This document shows positions 8,856 to 18,734 of a stretch of DNA of 64,000 nt, piece after piece. The notes beneath the pieces were generated by a model. That model saw only the letters and a program-made list of their open reading frames with translations. It was not told the DNA's origin and made no database searches. This DNA is from an uncultured Faecalitalea sp. (GTDB taxonomy: Bacteria; Bacillota_I; Bacilli_A; Erysipelotrichales; Erysipelotrichaceae), in contig CAMJQJ010000001.1 in assembly GCA_946408025.1 (NCBI GenBank), positions 2,109 to 66,108 on the forward strand, given 5' to 3'. A program made the position numbers and the translations under genes. Positions within the stretch are counted from its first letter, which is position 1. Each line of letters opens with the position of its first letter.

Positions 8856-10778
8856 ATGAATCTATCAAATCGTCAAAACAATATTATAAATTACTTAAAA
8901 ACAAAAGATGAATGGGCTACTGGAAAAGAACTGTCTAAAATTTTTAATGTCAGCCTTCGAACTATTCGAAATGATATTAATGCTATTAATAGTTTTCAAT
9001 CATCACTAATTCTTTCTGATCGAAACAAAGGATATAGATTAAAGTCAAAGTTAGATGTAATAAATTCACAACAAAATTTTGATTTAAATATTGATCAAAG
9101 AAAACATTTTTTATTTATATATTTAATTATTCACGCTAATACCAAATTTTCTATTTTCGAACTTGCTGACTCTTTATTTATTTCTGAATACACATTACTT
9201 CATGATTTAGAAAAAATTCGACAAGAAATAGTTAAACTCTCTCAATATGAGATTTATCTTGAAAAGAAGAATAACGAAATTATCATTTATGATCCTTTTC
9301 ATAATTCACCTCTTTTATTAAACCAATATGTGTCCGAAAATGATTGCTTATCAGATTCTATCCTTTTCAAAAAATGTTTTGATTTTTTGGATGTAAGAGA
9401 TATCGAAGCTGGAATACAAGAAAATATTCCTCCTTCTTTTTTTAACCGCTACCTCACGTACAACACTGTTTTAATAATTACCTGTTGTATAATTGAACAA
9501 TTTATATATGGAAATGCAAATTATGATTCTAGTACCTATAAAAATATCGATTCTCAATTAGAGTCTTACTTAAATAAAATGAGTGATTTATATTCTTTAG
9601 ATGAATATAAAAGACAATTTAAATCCTATTTTGTAAAATGCCTTTATCCGTTAATCAAAATAGATAAAATTGAAAATGAAATAAAACAATCTACTTCGAT
9701 TTTCGATAAAGACTATGCAATCTTATATAAAATTTTAAAAACTGTAAAAACAGATTATTGTATTGATTTGTTAACGGAGAAAGAGCTGATTTTAAAATTT
9801 TTAATTCACCTTAAAATTGCATTTGCTAGAACAAATTTAAATATTCATATTAATAATCCGTTATTAGAACATTTTAGAAAGAATTATACTTTTTTATTTG
9901 ATGTCGCTTTTTTTATAGCGGATTCGTTTGCAAAAGAAAAATCAATTACTTTAACAAAAAATGAAATAAGTTATTTGGTAATTTATCTGATTGGCCCATT
10001 AAAAGGAATGAAAGAAAAACTTTATAGTAATTTTAACATATCGATACTATTTTTTATCTTGGAAGGGCCTGCTTTATTTACCAGTTTATCTGAAATTATT
10101 TTTAGTTCAAAAGAATATAAAAATATAGAAATAACTCCTATTTATAGCACACAGAAATTACAAAGTATTAACGAAGAAGCATTTGATATCATTATTTCTA
10201 CGTCTAATAATGTATCTTTTCAAAATGCAAATTGTGTATACATAACTCCTTCAATGACTTTTCAATCTATTTCACAGATACAAAAAAAATTCATAAACGT
10301 ATTAAACATAAAACAACAAAACTATTTTGATAGAATGTTTGAATATTTCTTTAATGAAAGTCAATTTTTATATAATCTAAATTTCAATAATGAAGTTGAA
10401 TATATAAATTACGGAGTTAAACAACTAAAAAAATATAATTTTGTAGAGGACAGCTTTTTTGATGAAGTTTTAGAACGGGAACAATTACTGTCGACTTCTT
10501 TCGAAAGTGGTGTGGCTCTACCACATGCCACAAAAAATAATGCTATTAAATCATGCATACAATTTGCTCGTTTTAAAAAACCTATACTTTGGAATAACAC
10601 AAAAGTAAAATGTGCATTCCTTATCGCAACTTCGAATGAAGACATACAATTACTAAATGTTATATACAAAGTGATTATAGATATATGTTCTTCCAACGAT
10701 TATGTAAACAAGTTATCCAAATGCTCATCTATTAATGATTTAAAAAGTTTGTTATTCAGTGTATACAAATCTATTTAA
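8856..10778 (+). CDS. BglG/LicR/MtlR-type PRD-containing transcriptional regulator with C-terminal EIIA domain
   Basis: N-terminal HTH (ELSKIFNVSLRTIRNDI), PRD-like HLKIA..NPLL, C-terminal EREQLLSTSF..VALPHA. Confidence 0.88.
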   Translation: MNLSNRQNNIINYLKTKDEWATGKELSKIFNVSLRTIRNDINAINSFQSSLILSDRNKGYRLKSKLDVINSQQNFDLNIDQRKHFLFIYLIIHANTKFSIFELADSLFISEYTLLHDLEKIRQEIVKLSQYEIYLEKKNNEIIIYDPFHNSPLLLNQYVSENDCLSDSILFKKCFDFLDVRDIEAGIQENIPPSFFNRYLTYNTVLIITCCIIEQFIYGNANYDSSTYKNIDSQLESYLNKMSDLYSLDEYKRQFKSYFVKCLYPLIKIDKIENEIKQSTSIFDKDYAILYKILKTVKTDYCIDLLTEKELILKFLIHLKIAFARTNLNIHINNPLLEHFRKNYTFLFDVAFFIADSFAKEKSITLTKNEISYLVIYLIGPLKGMKEKLYSNFNISILFFILEGPALFTSLSEIIFSSKEYKNIEITPIYSTQKLQSINEEAFDIIISTSNNVSFQNANCVYITPSMTFQSISQIQKKFINVLNIKQQNYFDRMFEYFFNESQFLYNLNFNNEVEYINYGVKQLKKYNFVEDSFFDEVLEREQLLSTSFESGVALPHATKNNAIKSCIQFARFKKPILWNNTKVKCAFLIATSNEDIQLLNVIYKVIIDICSSNDYVNKLSKCSSINDLKSLLFSVYKSI

Positions 10779-10800
10779 TTTTTTAACTATAATATTTAAG

Positions 10801-10828
10801 AAAAAAGCCTTTATTTAAAGGCTTTTTT
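10801..10828. terminator. Bidirectional hairpin next to att core (also at 28120 and 33149)
   Basis: AAAAAAGCCTTTATTTAAAGGCTTTTTT. Confidence 0.7.
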
Positions 10829-10840
10829 ACTATTTGTATA

Positions 10841-10852
10841 CTATTCGAACTC
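10841..10852 (-). repeat. att core, copy of the guaA 3' end (outermost)
   Basis: Minus strand GAGTTCGAATAG = E-F-E-stop, cf. guaA end GAGTTCGAGTGA. Confidence 0.8.
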
Positions 10853-11200
10853 CGAAATGAAACGATTATAGTGAACATATTTGTTAACATAAGAAGCATA
10901 AAATCTCAGTTTTATTCCAAATTATCCAATTTTCTTTGAAAAATTCTTTATATTGGTAGCACAACGGTATCAGAATCTTATACTCCATCATTTTGTGAAA
11001 GCAAAACCACCAAAGCTAAGATAGCATTAACTCAGAGAAACTTTCTGATTTTATGGGCGAAAAGCGAAAAGAGGAATAGAAAGAAAGATGCAAAAAGTGA
11101 AAATAGACATTTTTAAAACCTTTACGATATTCAGTTTTCAATCTAAAAATCTGTGAGGTTTTCTTATACGCATGAATTCTAATTGACAATCTGAATTTAT

Positions 11201-11212
11201 TTATTCGAACTC
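11201..11212 (-). repeat. att core copy (internal)
   Basis: Minus strand GAGTTCGAATAA = E-F-E-stop. Confidence 0.7.
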
Positions 11213-11507
11213 GACTCCCATATATCATATTGTATTTCATCATTTATTTTGTCTAATTTTTACATATTATATTAACTATTATTATTTTGAATTTTATTAT
11301 GTACTATAATGTACTCGAATCGAATACATTCTTTATCTCATTTAAAAGTAATCATCACAAACTCAAAATAAGAATATCGTTTGTTTTTAACATAAAATTT
11401 AATGTTAATGTAAAAAACAACCACTGCATTATTTACAATGATTGATTTTTTCTATTAATATATTTTTCCATTCATGTTATTGATGAGAATTTCTAATTAT
11501 CGTTAAT

Positions 11508-12977
11508 CTAATTTTCATAATCTCCTTTAATTTGTTTTAAAAGTATTGGTATCTCATCAAATTCATCAATCCATATTACATTTACTCCCAATTCTTTAAA
11601 AAAAGACTCCTGTAAAGCTTCATTTACTCTCTCAAAACTTTTGATTGATTTTGTCTCTACTTTTTCTTTAATTCTAAAACGGCGCATAATCACATAATGT
11701 TGACAATCCTCGTTAATTTCTTTTTTCTTCTGTGCTGCTATTTCTAATAATCTTCTTAAATTAGGATCTGTCATAGATAGCCCAATAAATAAACATGTAT
11801 TATTCATCATATATGTCAATTGATTAATATTTGCCCAATTATATGGTTCTAACATAAGCTTATGATATCCTTCTTCCGAAAAAACTAACAACGATTTTGT
11901 TAAATTTTCATAATTATCCTTCTCTTGAGGTAAAAAACCATGAACATGATAAATCCCTATTTCATCCATTTCTGGAATCATACCTTCTCCATAAATTGAA
12001 TGATATTTTACACGTAGCTTTTTTAAGTTTCTTTCAACCAAATCATCAAAATTATAGTTTATTATCGCTCTTATGCCTAATTTTCCTCTATTAGGTATGC
12101 ATAATTGCGCAATTTCTTTTAATAATTTTGATGAATCTACAGAATCTTTATATAAAATTTCTCTAACTAGATTTTCAAAATCATTTTCAAATCCATTTCT
12201 CAAAAATCTAGTTTGCAATAAAGGAGAATTACCATTCTGAGCAATAACTTCCCTTACAATTTTTTTCTTATCTTTTTCTTCCATATGGATATGATTTGCA
12301 TATAACTGTTTATCTATTAGCGCAACAAATAATTCTGATATCAAGTTATCCCAAGTTGCTATTTTTGCTTCGCTAGACGCTCCAGCACCAAGAAATAAAA
12401 CAACATTATCATTTTTATATTGTATATGAAGTTGTTCAATATATTTTTTTCTTTTTTCTAAATAAACACTATCATTTCTAGAAATGCCATTGTTAATTGT
12501 ATCTTTTAATAGCGCTGTGTTTAAATTATTATATATCTCGATAAATAAATTTTCATTTAATTGGAAAATTCGAATTAAATCGTTGATATCCCAGATTTTT
12601 AATTTAAAATTGAATTGGTTTTTTTTCTCCTTAATTTGTTTTTTTATTTTTATTGGTAACTCATTGACTACTATTAAAAGAAACCCATCTATTCCTCTTC
12701 TGTTAACAGAAAAACGTTCAACAACATCATATAAGACGCGCGAAACTATTTGACTATTTCTGTACATTTTTATTTCAACTGCAAGACATTCTTCTTCATC
12801 ATCTATTCCATCAGGTAAAATCATATCAAATTTTCTATCTATGATTAAACGCTTTTTTTGAGACTTCAAATAATCTTCTAGCATGACAAAAACCAATTTT
12901 TCTATAGCCCTATTCATATGTGAAAAATTAATAGTATCTGAATTTATTAATTCCAACAACGCTTCTCTAATCTCCAT
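11508..12977 (-). CDS. SIR2-family (SIR2_2) protein with N-terminal PD-(D/E)xK restriction-endonuclease-like domain
   Basis: LFLGAGAS, NYNFDDLVE, YHVHG, FIGLSMTDPNLRRLL; N-terminal FDMIL..AVEIK. Confidence 0.8.
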   Translation of the reverse strand: MEIREALLELINSDTINFSHMNRAIEKLVFVMLEDYLKSQKKRLIIDRKFDMILPDGIDDEEECLAVEIKMYRNSQIVSRVLYDVVERFSVNRRGIDGFLLIVVNELPIKIKKQIKEKKNQFNFKLKIWDINDLIRIFQLNENLFIEIYNNLNTALLKDTINNGISRNDSVYLEKRKKYIEQLHIQYKNDNVVLFLGAGASSEAKIATWDNLISELFVALIDKQLYANHIHMEEKDKKKIVREVIAQNGNSPLLQTRFLRNGFENDFENLVREILYKDSVDSSKLLKEIAQLCIPNRGKLGIRAIINYNFDDLVERNLKKLRVKYHSIYGEGMIPEMDEIGIYHVHGFLPQEKDNYENLTKSLLVFSEEGYHKLMLEPYNWANINQLTYMMNNTCLFIGLSMTDPNLRRLLEIAAQKKKEINEDCQHYVIMRRFRIKEKVETKSIKSFERVNEALQESFFKELGVNVIWIDEFDEIPILLKQIKGDYEN

Positions 12978-13081
12978 TTTAACCTCCTATCTTAACTCAA
13001 ATTAATATTTAATATATAAAGTTACTTAGGTTTAAATTAACGTAAAAATGATGAAAGAAAATATAAAAACTATTCTAATTA

Positions 13082-15664
13082 TTATTTCCAATTCATAAAT
13101 AATGCCAACTCTTCAAACTCAAGTTTAAACTTCTCTTTATCTATATTTTCAAACAAGTATCCTTGATTAACATCATCTATTTCCCCTTTTTCATTCTTGT
13201 GAAAGGCCTTATCATAATTATTTCTTAAAAAGATAGCTATATTTCGAGGAAAACCAAGATTTTGTATTTCGATTGTCTTCTTGTCAGTTGTTCCATATTC
13301 AATAAAACTTTCCCAATCTGTAATCTCCAAATTCAAATTACTTTTGTTTTTTAATAAAGCTTGATAATTAGAAACATAATTTTTTATTTTAAATCTCAAA
13401 ATGTTCTCGATATCTCCAACTACATCATTAATCAATTTATTTATAAGAAATTCATTTTGTTTATCAAACTTAATAGCTTTCATTCTACCATTTTTTTCTC
13501 TTATATAAATATCTCGTTCTTTCCCATCATTATAATAAAAGTCTATAGTATTTTGTATAATAACTTTTAAAGGTTTTGAATTAATCCATGATTCCATTAA
13601 TGCTGCATAATATTTTAATTGATTTTTATTTCTAATCATAGGATTTTTACCTTCTGACTCTGTTTCCTCCCACCTATATTGATCATAAAGAATATTTAAT
13701 ACTCTTAGACAGTCTTCTTTTTTAGTGGTTTCAGGAAATTGTGGTACAACATTACTTGCTATTCTATTCTGATTAGAGATATTTATATTTATGCTTGTCG
13801 CTAATATTTCTGGTGGAACTTTTAGTGATGTTCTAGTCTTCTTTAACAATGAAATTGAATTTAAACTACTATCTATAAACTTATCTTTTAAAATAGAATC
13901 GTTATTTATTGAATCGTGAAAAAGCAATATGTTACCATACATCTCAATTATTTTCTTTTTCTCAAAACTTAAATTTTTATTGGTATATCTATTTTCCTGA
14001 AAATAGTTACATATATTTTTGTATAAATTATCATTTCTTCTAGATAAAATTTGTGGCTCCACAACATTTATTTTCTTATTTCGAAGTATACCTATATCTT
14101 TTTGTTCCTTCCAATACCCTTTCTGGTTAAATAAATTAACGCAAAAGACGTTTCCAGAAATATCCTTTCTCAACCTTCCGGCTCTACCTGCCAAATTCCA
14201 AAAATCGATATCGCTCATTTTACTACTGCCTATATTTTCACTAAGAATAAAAATATTCTTTGCTGGTAAATTTACCCCTTCCAAGAGAGTCGAAGTGCAA
14301 AACAAAAACTTTATATAACCTTGTTTATATAATTTTTCAATCCAAAGTTTAATTTCTTCAGGTATTCCTCCAAAATGGTATGCAACTCCTTTTTTTAAAC
14401 ATTTTTTTAAATAATATTTATCATGAACTTTTTCATCAATTAACTTAATAGCATCATTAATTTCTTCTGAGTCAATTTCTGAAATTCTATTTGCGAAGCT
14501 AAGTGCTGTTTGTATTGTTTTCTCTACCGTATTGCAATAAATAATACTCTGCTTATTAGTAGAGAAAAACCTTAAAACTATCTCTAGATTAGCAATTATA
14601 TCATCACTAAAATTAAATTTTGGAAAAATAATATCCTCTCCAAAATCTGAAATCATAAATGCATTATCATTTACAGTATCGATAAAAAATCTGTTTTGTG
14701 CAACCGGGGATTCTGTGATAAACATGCTTTCCTCAGTACTATTATTAATCAATTCAAGAAAAACATCAGCATTAGGAATATTAGGGGAAGCAAAGTATAT
14801 ATTAACACTCTTTCGCTTTGCCAAAACCAACGCATGGTAAAGCAAGGGCGTTCTTGTATCTTTTCTACTAAGTAATTTGTGTGCCTCATCAACAAAAAGA
14901 TAATCAATTTTAGGATTACTTTTCTCCATAAAATATGAAATTAATCTCTCAGGTGTAAAAACAAATACATATTTATTATCTTGTTCTAAAAACACTTTTG
15001 GGATAACCGGAGAGGTGATTACCTTATAATTAAATTCATTTACGATTTTCTTTAATCTGTTTCCAACCTGATTAATAAGTGCTTTAGTTGGTACAATAAA
15101 TGCTATATTATCTGTTTTATTATGCTCTGTTATTATATGTTTAGTAAATGCTTCAAAAACAAAAGATTTCCCAAAAGAAGTACTTCCTGAAAAACTATAA
15201 TGATTTCTTCGTTTCATTTCTTCAAAAACATTATATTGAGCATCTGTAAAAGGTTGGCCTAATGGAGAAATTTGAGCTATTTTTTTTATTATATAATCAT
15301 TTCTAATCTCATCTATTTTTAAATATTTATTACCATCTTTTACAATCGATAATGATGGAAAATTACCTAATTTCACCAAAGTATTTGTTGCAATAATTTG
15401 AAAATATTCCATTTTTTTAATTTTTTCTATCTCTAAAAGCAAACTTATTATTTTTAAAGATAGATTTCTATGTTGACTATTTTCTGATCTACACAAAATA
15501 TCAGAAAATCTTAGTAGATGATTTATTTCCCTATCATTTATTGTTACAGCACCTAAGTCTTTGCACAATTCATTACAGTAGACTTTTTCTAGTTTATATA
15601 TTAAATTTTTCAAATATGTATCTGAAAATGCTTTTTCTGATAATTTTTGTATAATAGTCTTCAT
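13082..15664 (-). CDS. hamB: Hachiman HamB DEAD/DEAH-box helicase
   Basis: GSTSFGKS, DEAH, TSTLLEGVNLP, NLAGRAGR; overlaps upstream DUF1837 gene. Confidence 0.85.
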   Translation of the reverse strand: MKTIIQKLSEKAFSDTYLKNLIYKLEKVYCNELCKDLGAVTINDREINHLLRFSDILCRSENSQHRNLSLKIISLLLEIEKIKKMEYFQIIATNTLVKLGNFPSLSIVKDGNKYLKIDEIRNDYIIKKIAQISPLGQPFTDAQYNVFEEMKRRNHYSFSGSTSFGKSFVFEAFTKHIITEHNKTDNIAFIVPTKALINQVGNRLKKIVNEFNYKVITSPVIPKVFLEQDNKYVFVFTPERLISYFMEKSNPKIDYLFVDEAHKLLSRKDTRTPLLYHALVLAKRKSVNIYFASPNIPNADVFLELINNSTEESMFITESPVAQNRFFIDTVNDNAFMISDFGEDIIFPKFNFSDDIIANLEIVLRFFSTNKQSIIYCNTVEKTIQTALSFANRISEIDSEEINDAIKLIDEKVHDKYYLKKCLKKGVAYHFGGIPEEIKLWIEKLYKQGYIKFLFCTSTLLEGVNLPAKNIFILSENIGSSKMSDIDFWNLAGRAGRLRKDISGNVFCVNLFNQKGYWKEQKDIGILRNKKINVVEPQILSRRNDNLYKNICNYFQENRYTNKNLSFEKKKIIEMYGNILLFHDSINNDSILKDKFIDSSLNSISLLKKTRTSLKVPPEILATSININISNQNRIASNVVPQFPETTKKEDCLRVLNILYDQYRWEETESEGKNPMIRNKNQLKYYAALMESWINSKPLKVIIQNTIDFYYNDGKERDIYIREKNGRMKAIKFDKQNEFLINKLINDVVGDIENILRFKIKNYVSNYQALLKNKSNLNLEITDWESFIEYGTTDKKTIEIQNLGFPRNIAIFLRNNYDKAFHKNEKGEIDDVNQGYLFENIDKEKFKLEFEELALFMNWK

Positions 15665-16584
15665 TCTAACACCTTCTTTAATATTTTTTTTCTATTTTCA
15701 TCAATATTTGTAAACGGCATTATAAATATATAAAATGTATGACCTAATAATTCATTATTTTCAATTAGTTGGTAGATCTTACTATTATAATTCTCTATTT
15801 GAGCGGATATTTTTTCTTCTATCTTAATTGGGAATTCATCACTAGAACAACTTCTTTGTTCCTTAGAAATATCTATTTCGTATCCAATAAAAATCGAAAA
15901 TGCATCATCAAGAGAGATATTAGTATTTGGTTTATCTTCTGGATATAATAAAATGTTTAAGATATCCTCATCATCTTCATCAAATATATCTGATTCAACA
16001 TTGCTAGAAATCAAACCTTTTTCAAAAGATATTCCACTTTTTGCTTCACCTTTTGTATTTAACTCATTTTTAAATTCATTTATAGATTTAAATGCATTTT
16101 TAAGTGCAACGGATAAATCTTGATATGTTTTTGATTCTCCAAAAATCAATTTATATCTTTTATCAGAAATTTTTTTCAAATGAACTCCATCTGAACCGTT
16201 AACATATAGATTATTAGATGTTTTTAACTCTAATTTTGTCAATATTTTAGGCGCTTCAAGATGTCCTTCTAAGAAACAAAACAAGAGCAATTCTCCAAGT
16301 TCACCATCATTTTTTGTAGCTTCCTTGAACTTTTCTCTAGCTTTTTTGCTAAGAGTCATATATTTATCTTTGTATTTTTCCTTGATTTTCCAAGATAAAG
16401 CATAATCCGCAACCGACTCTATCAAATTATCTGAAACACTATCGTAATCAAAGTTTCTGGCATTTATGGGAAGTAAAAATAAATCCAAAGAACCATCGTC
16501 TGCATTTTTAGAAATAGGTAAGTGTTTTATATGCTTAAATTGTTTAATGGCATTTTTTGAATTAGGGTTTATTTTCATAATCAT
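15661..16584 (-). CDS. hamA: Hachiman HamA (DUF1837) nuclease
   Basis: GELGELLLF..APKILTKLELKT..GSDGVH..GESK motifs, adjacent to helicase. Confidence 0.85.
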   Translation of the reverse strand: MIMKINPNSKNAIKQFKHIKHLPISKNADDGSLDLFLLPINARNFDYDSVSDNLIESVADYALSWKIKEKYKDKYMTLSKKAREKFKEATKNDGELGELLLFCFLEGHLEAPKILTKLELKTSNNLYVNGSDGVHLKKISDKRYKLIFGESKTYQDLSVALKNAFKSINEFKNELNTKGEAKSGISFEKGLISSNVESDIFDEDDEDILNILLYPEDKPNTNISLDDAFSIFIGYEIDISKEQRSCSSDEFPIKIEEKISAQIENYNSKIYQLIENNELLGHTFYIFIMPFTNIDENRKKILKKVLE

Positions 16585-16717
16585 ACTTCCTTTCATTTAC
16601 AATTAAATATTCTTTCAATACTTTTTAAATAAATATTTATTATAATTTTACACATCAAAATGATTAATTATAAAACAATATCACAGTGTCAATGATATCT
16701 ATTTGATGCCATAACTT

Positions 16718-17164
16718 TTAAAAATCATCATTTAATACTTCGTAGATTATCTCTTCTATTTCTTTGATACAATATTCAGTGTACTTAATTACTTCCTGAC
16801 TCCAAAAATGAATTGGCAGCCAATCCATCTGACGAAGTAAATTATCATTTTTTATATCCCTTTGAATATTTTCTTCAATTTTTTCAATCCAATAATCTTT
16901 ATTATTTTTTAGTTTTTCTTTTGTTTTTTTGAAATCTTTTCCATGCCAAAATTCGCCATCAACAAATATTGCTATCTTATATTTTGTTAATGCTATATCA
17001 GGTGTCCCAGGTAATTTTTTATAATTCAATCGATAACGATACCCTTTATGCCATAAAGCTTTTGCAAGCACAGATTCAACCTTACTTTTTTTATGGCTCA
17101 ACGCCTTCATACGCTTTGAAACTTCCGGAGTAGTTTTTAAATTTTGATGCTTCACATACATCAC
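16718..17164 (-). CDS. vsr: Very short patch repair endonuclease
   Basis: RYRLNYKKLPGTPDI, IFVDGEFWHG, YWIEKIEENIQRD. Confidence 0.92.
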   Translation of the reverse strand: MMYVKHQNLKTTPEVSKRMKALSHKKSKVESVLAKALWHKGYRYRLNYKKLPGTPDIALTKYKIAIFVDGEFWHGKDFKKTKEKLKNNKDYWIEKIEENIQRDIKNDNLLRQMDWLPIHFWSQEVIKYTEYCIKEIEEIIYEVLNDDF

Positions 17165-17165
17165 C

Positions 17166-18689
17166 TTACTTTAATTGTTTTAATATATATTGCTTGTTCA
17201 ACCAAAAACTCTGTTTTGTCATCCACTCTCCATTTGGCAATTCATCTGCATCTCTTTCAACATTGCCTTTTAAAAATCCATCATTTAACTTATAAGCGGA
17301 TTTCTGGGCATGAGGACGTATATGTATGATTTCAGTATCTTTCATTCCAGGTAAGTTATTCTTAACTTCTAATTCACCATCTAGATTTTTAACCTTTTTG
17401 AAAATCACTCCATTTTTGATTATATTTTTATAATTTTGCCATTCACTTTTCACAATCTCATTCAAATCATAGTAAGGCATGTGCCATAATTTTGCTTTCT
17501 GTAGTACATAAGCATCACTAACTTTTTGAAAAACGACAAACAAGAATTGCGTTGTATCAAAATAATTAAATACTGTAGAATCTTCCCATTCTTCTTGCAC
17601 AAGTTCTTTGAATTTGAATGGTGCAAAAGACATGTTTTCTCTATTCTTTCCATTTTCTTCTATTCGTATGGTCTTAACTACGATATTTGCTTTTTGAAAT
17701 TCTGCAGCATGATTACCTTTGATTCCCAACATTCGGAATGCAAGATCATTCCATTGCGCTTTGTTATTGTTATACGGGCGATCATACATTTCACATAATT
17801 CTTTATCTGTCATGCCAATGTGCTTATTTATCAAAGATATGACATGTTCTTGGAAATTTGTTTTAATATCTCCTTTTATGATAGATTCACACGGCACATT
17901 GTTTTGAAGGATATAATTTTTCAAAACATAATTCATGTAAGATACTTTGAAACAATAATTTCTTTTCTTAGCTAAAGTATGATCACCATAATATTGCGGC
18001 CTCATGCTTTTTTTGGCAGTTGCGCCTTTCGTACAAGCTCCCAGATACATCGTATCTCCTTCACTTAACTCATGAGCTTTTCCTTGTTTGATTTTTTCAT
18101 TGATCTGATTATAGTCATCGATGATTATCTTAAGATCATCCTTAGGCGGACTAAATAAATTTACAAATTTAATGACATAATCCAAGCGCTCTATGGATTT
18201 GTCCCTCAAATAATGAATCAAAAGGATACATTTAATTTTTTCCCATACATGACTTTTATAGAAATCTTCTTCTACAGGTTCATTGTAAGAAATATTTGTT
18301 ATGGACAATCTTTCTCCTGCTCTATATTCACCTTTTTTCGTCTTATCAATAGGTGTTTGTTTTAATTCTAATCCTATCTTATTAAAATCCGCTTCTTGAT
18401 TACCATTTGGATCATAACCAAAATAGTATTTTTCTATAAAATTACCCAATTGACCTTTCGCTTTTTCGTTCAATGATGCCCCAAAACCATATTCTACTGT
18501 TTTTTCTCTTACTATCATATTTTCAAAATTGGTATATGCATCATATAATTTCCCTCCATAACTTTTTATTGGACTTCTTTCATATTCATCCAATACCTCA
18601 TGAAAGGTCATTCCTTCCAATTTTTTTGCATATGAATAAATACTATTGATATCTGTATCATCATAATCAAATAACTTCATGTCTATCAC
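17166..18689 (-). CDS. Sau3AI/MutH-family type II restriction endonuclease (probably GATC)
   Basis: KGQLGNFIEKYYFGY..ADF..LELK, ERLSITNI, ELSEGDTMYLGACTKG, HIRPHA, KQSFWLN. Confidence 0.88.
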   Translation of the reverse strand: MIDMKLFDYDDTDINSIYSYAKKLEGMTFHEVLDEYERSPIKSYGGKLYDAYTNFENMIVREKTVEYGFGASLNEKAKGQLGNFIEKYYFGYDPNGNQEADFNKIGLELKQTPIDKTKKGEYRAGERLSITNISYNEPVEEDFYKSHVWEKIKCILLIHYLRDKSIERLDYVIKFVNLFSPPKDDLKIIIDDYNQINEKIKQGKAHELSEGDTMYLGACTKGATAKKSMRPQYYGDHTLAKKRNYCFKVSYMNYVLKNYILQNNVPCESIIKGDIKTNFQEHVISLINKHIGMTDKELCEMYDRPYNNNKAQWNDLAFRMLGIKGNHAAEFQKANIVVKTIRIEENGKNRENMSFAPFKFKELVQEEWEDSTVFNYFDTTQFLFVVFQKVSDAYVLQKAKLWHMPYYDLNEIVKSEWQNYKNIIKNGVIFKKVKNLDGELEVKNNLPGMKDTEIIHIRPHAQKSAYKLNDGFLKGNVERDADELPNGEWMTKQSFWLNKQYILKQLK

Positions 18690-18734
18690 CCACTTTCCCT
18701 ATATGCACAAAAATCTTATGCCTAAGACATAAGA

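Noticed and set aside
11016..11243. 75-aa minus-strand ORF
   Set aside because: Spans an att core and a degenerate element remnant; no motif or RBS
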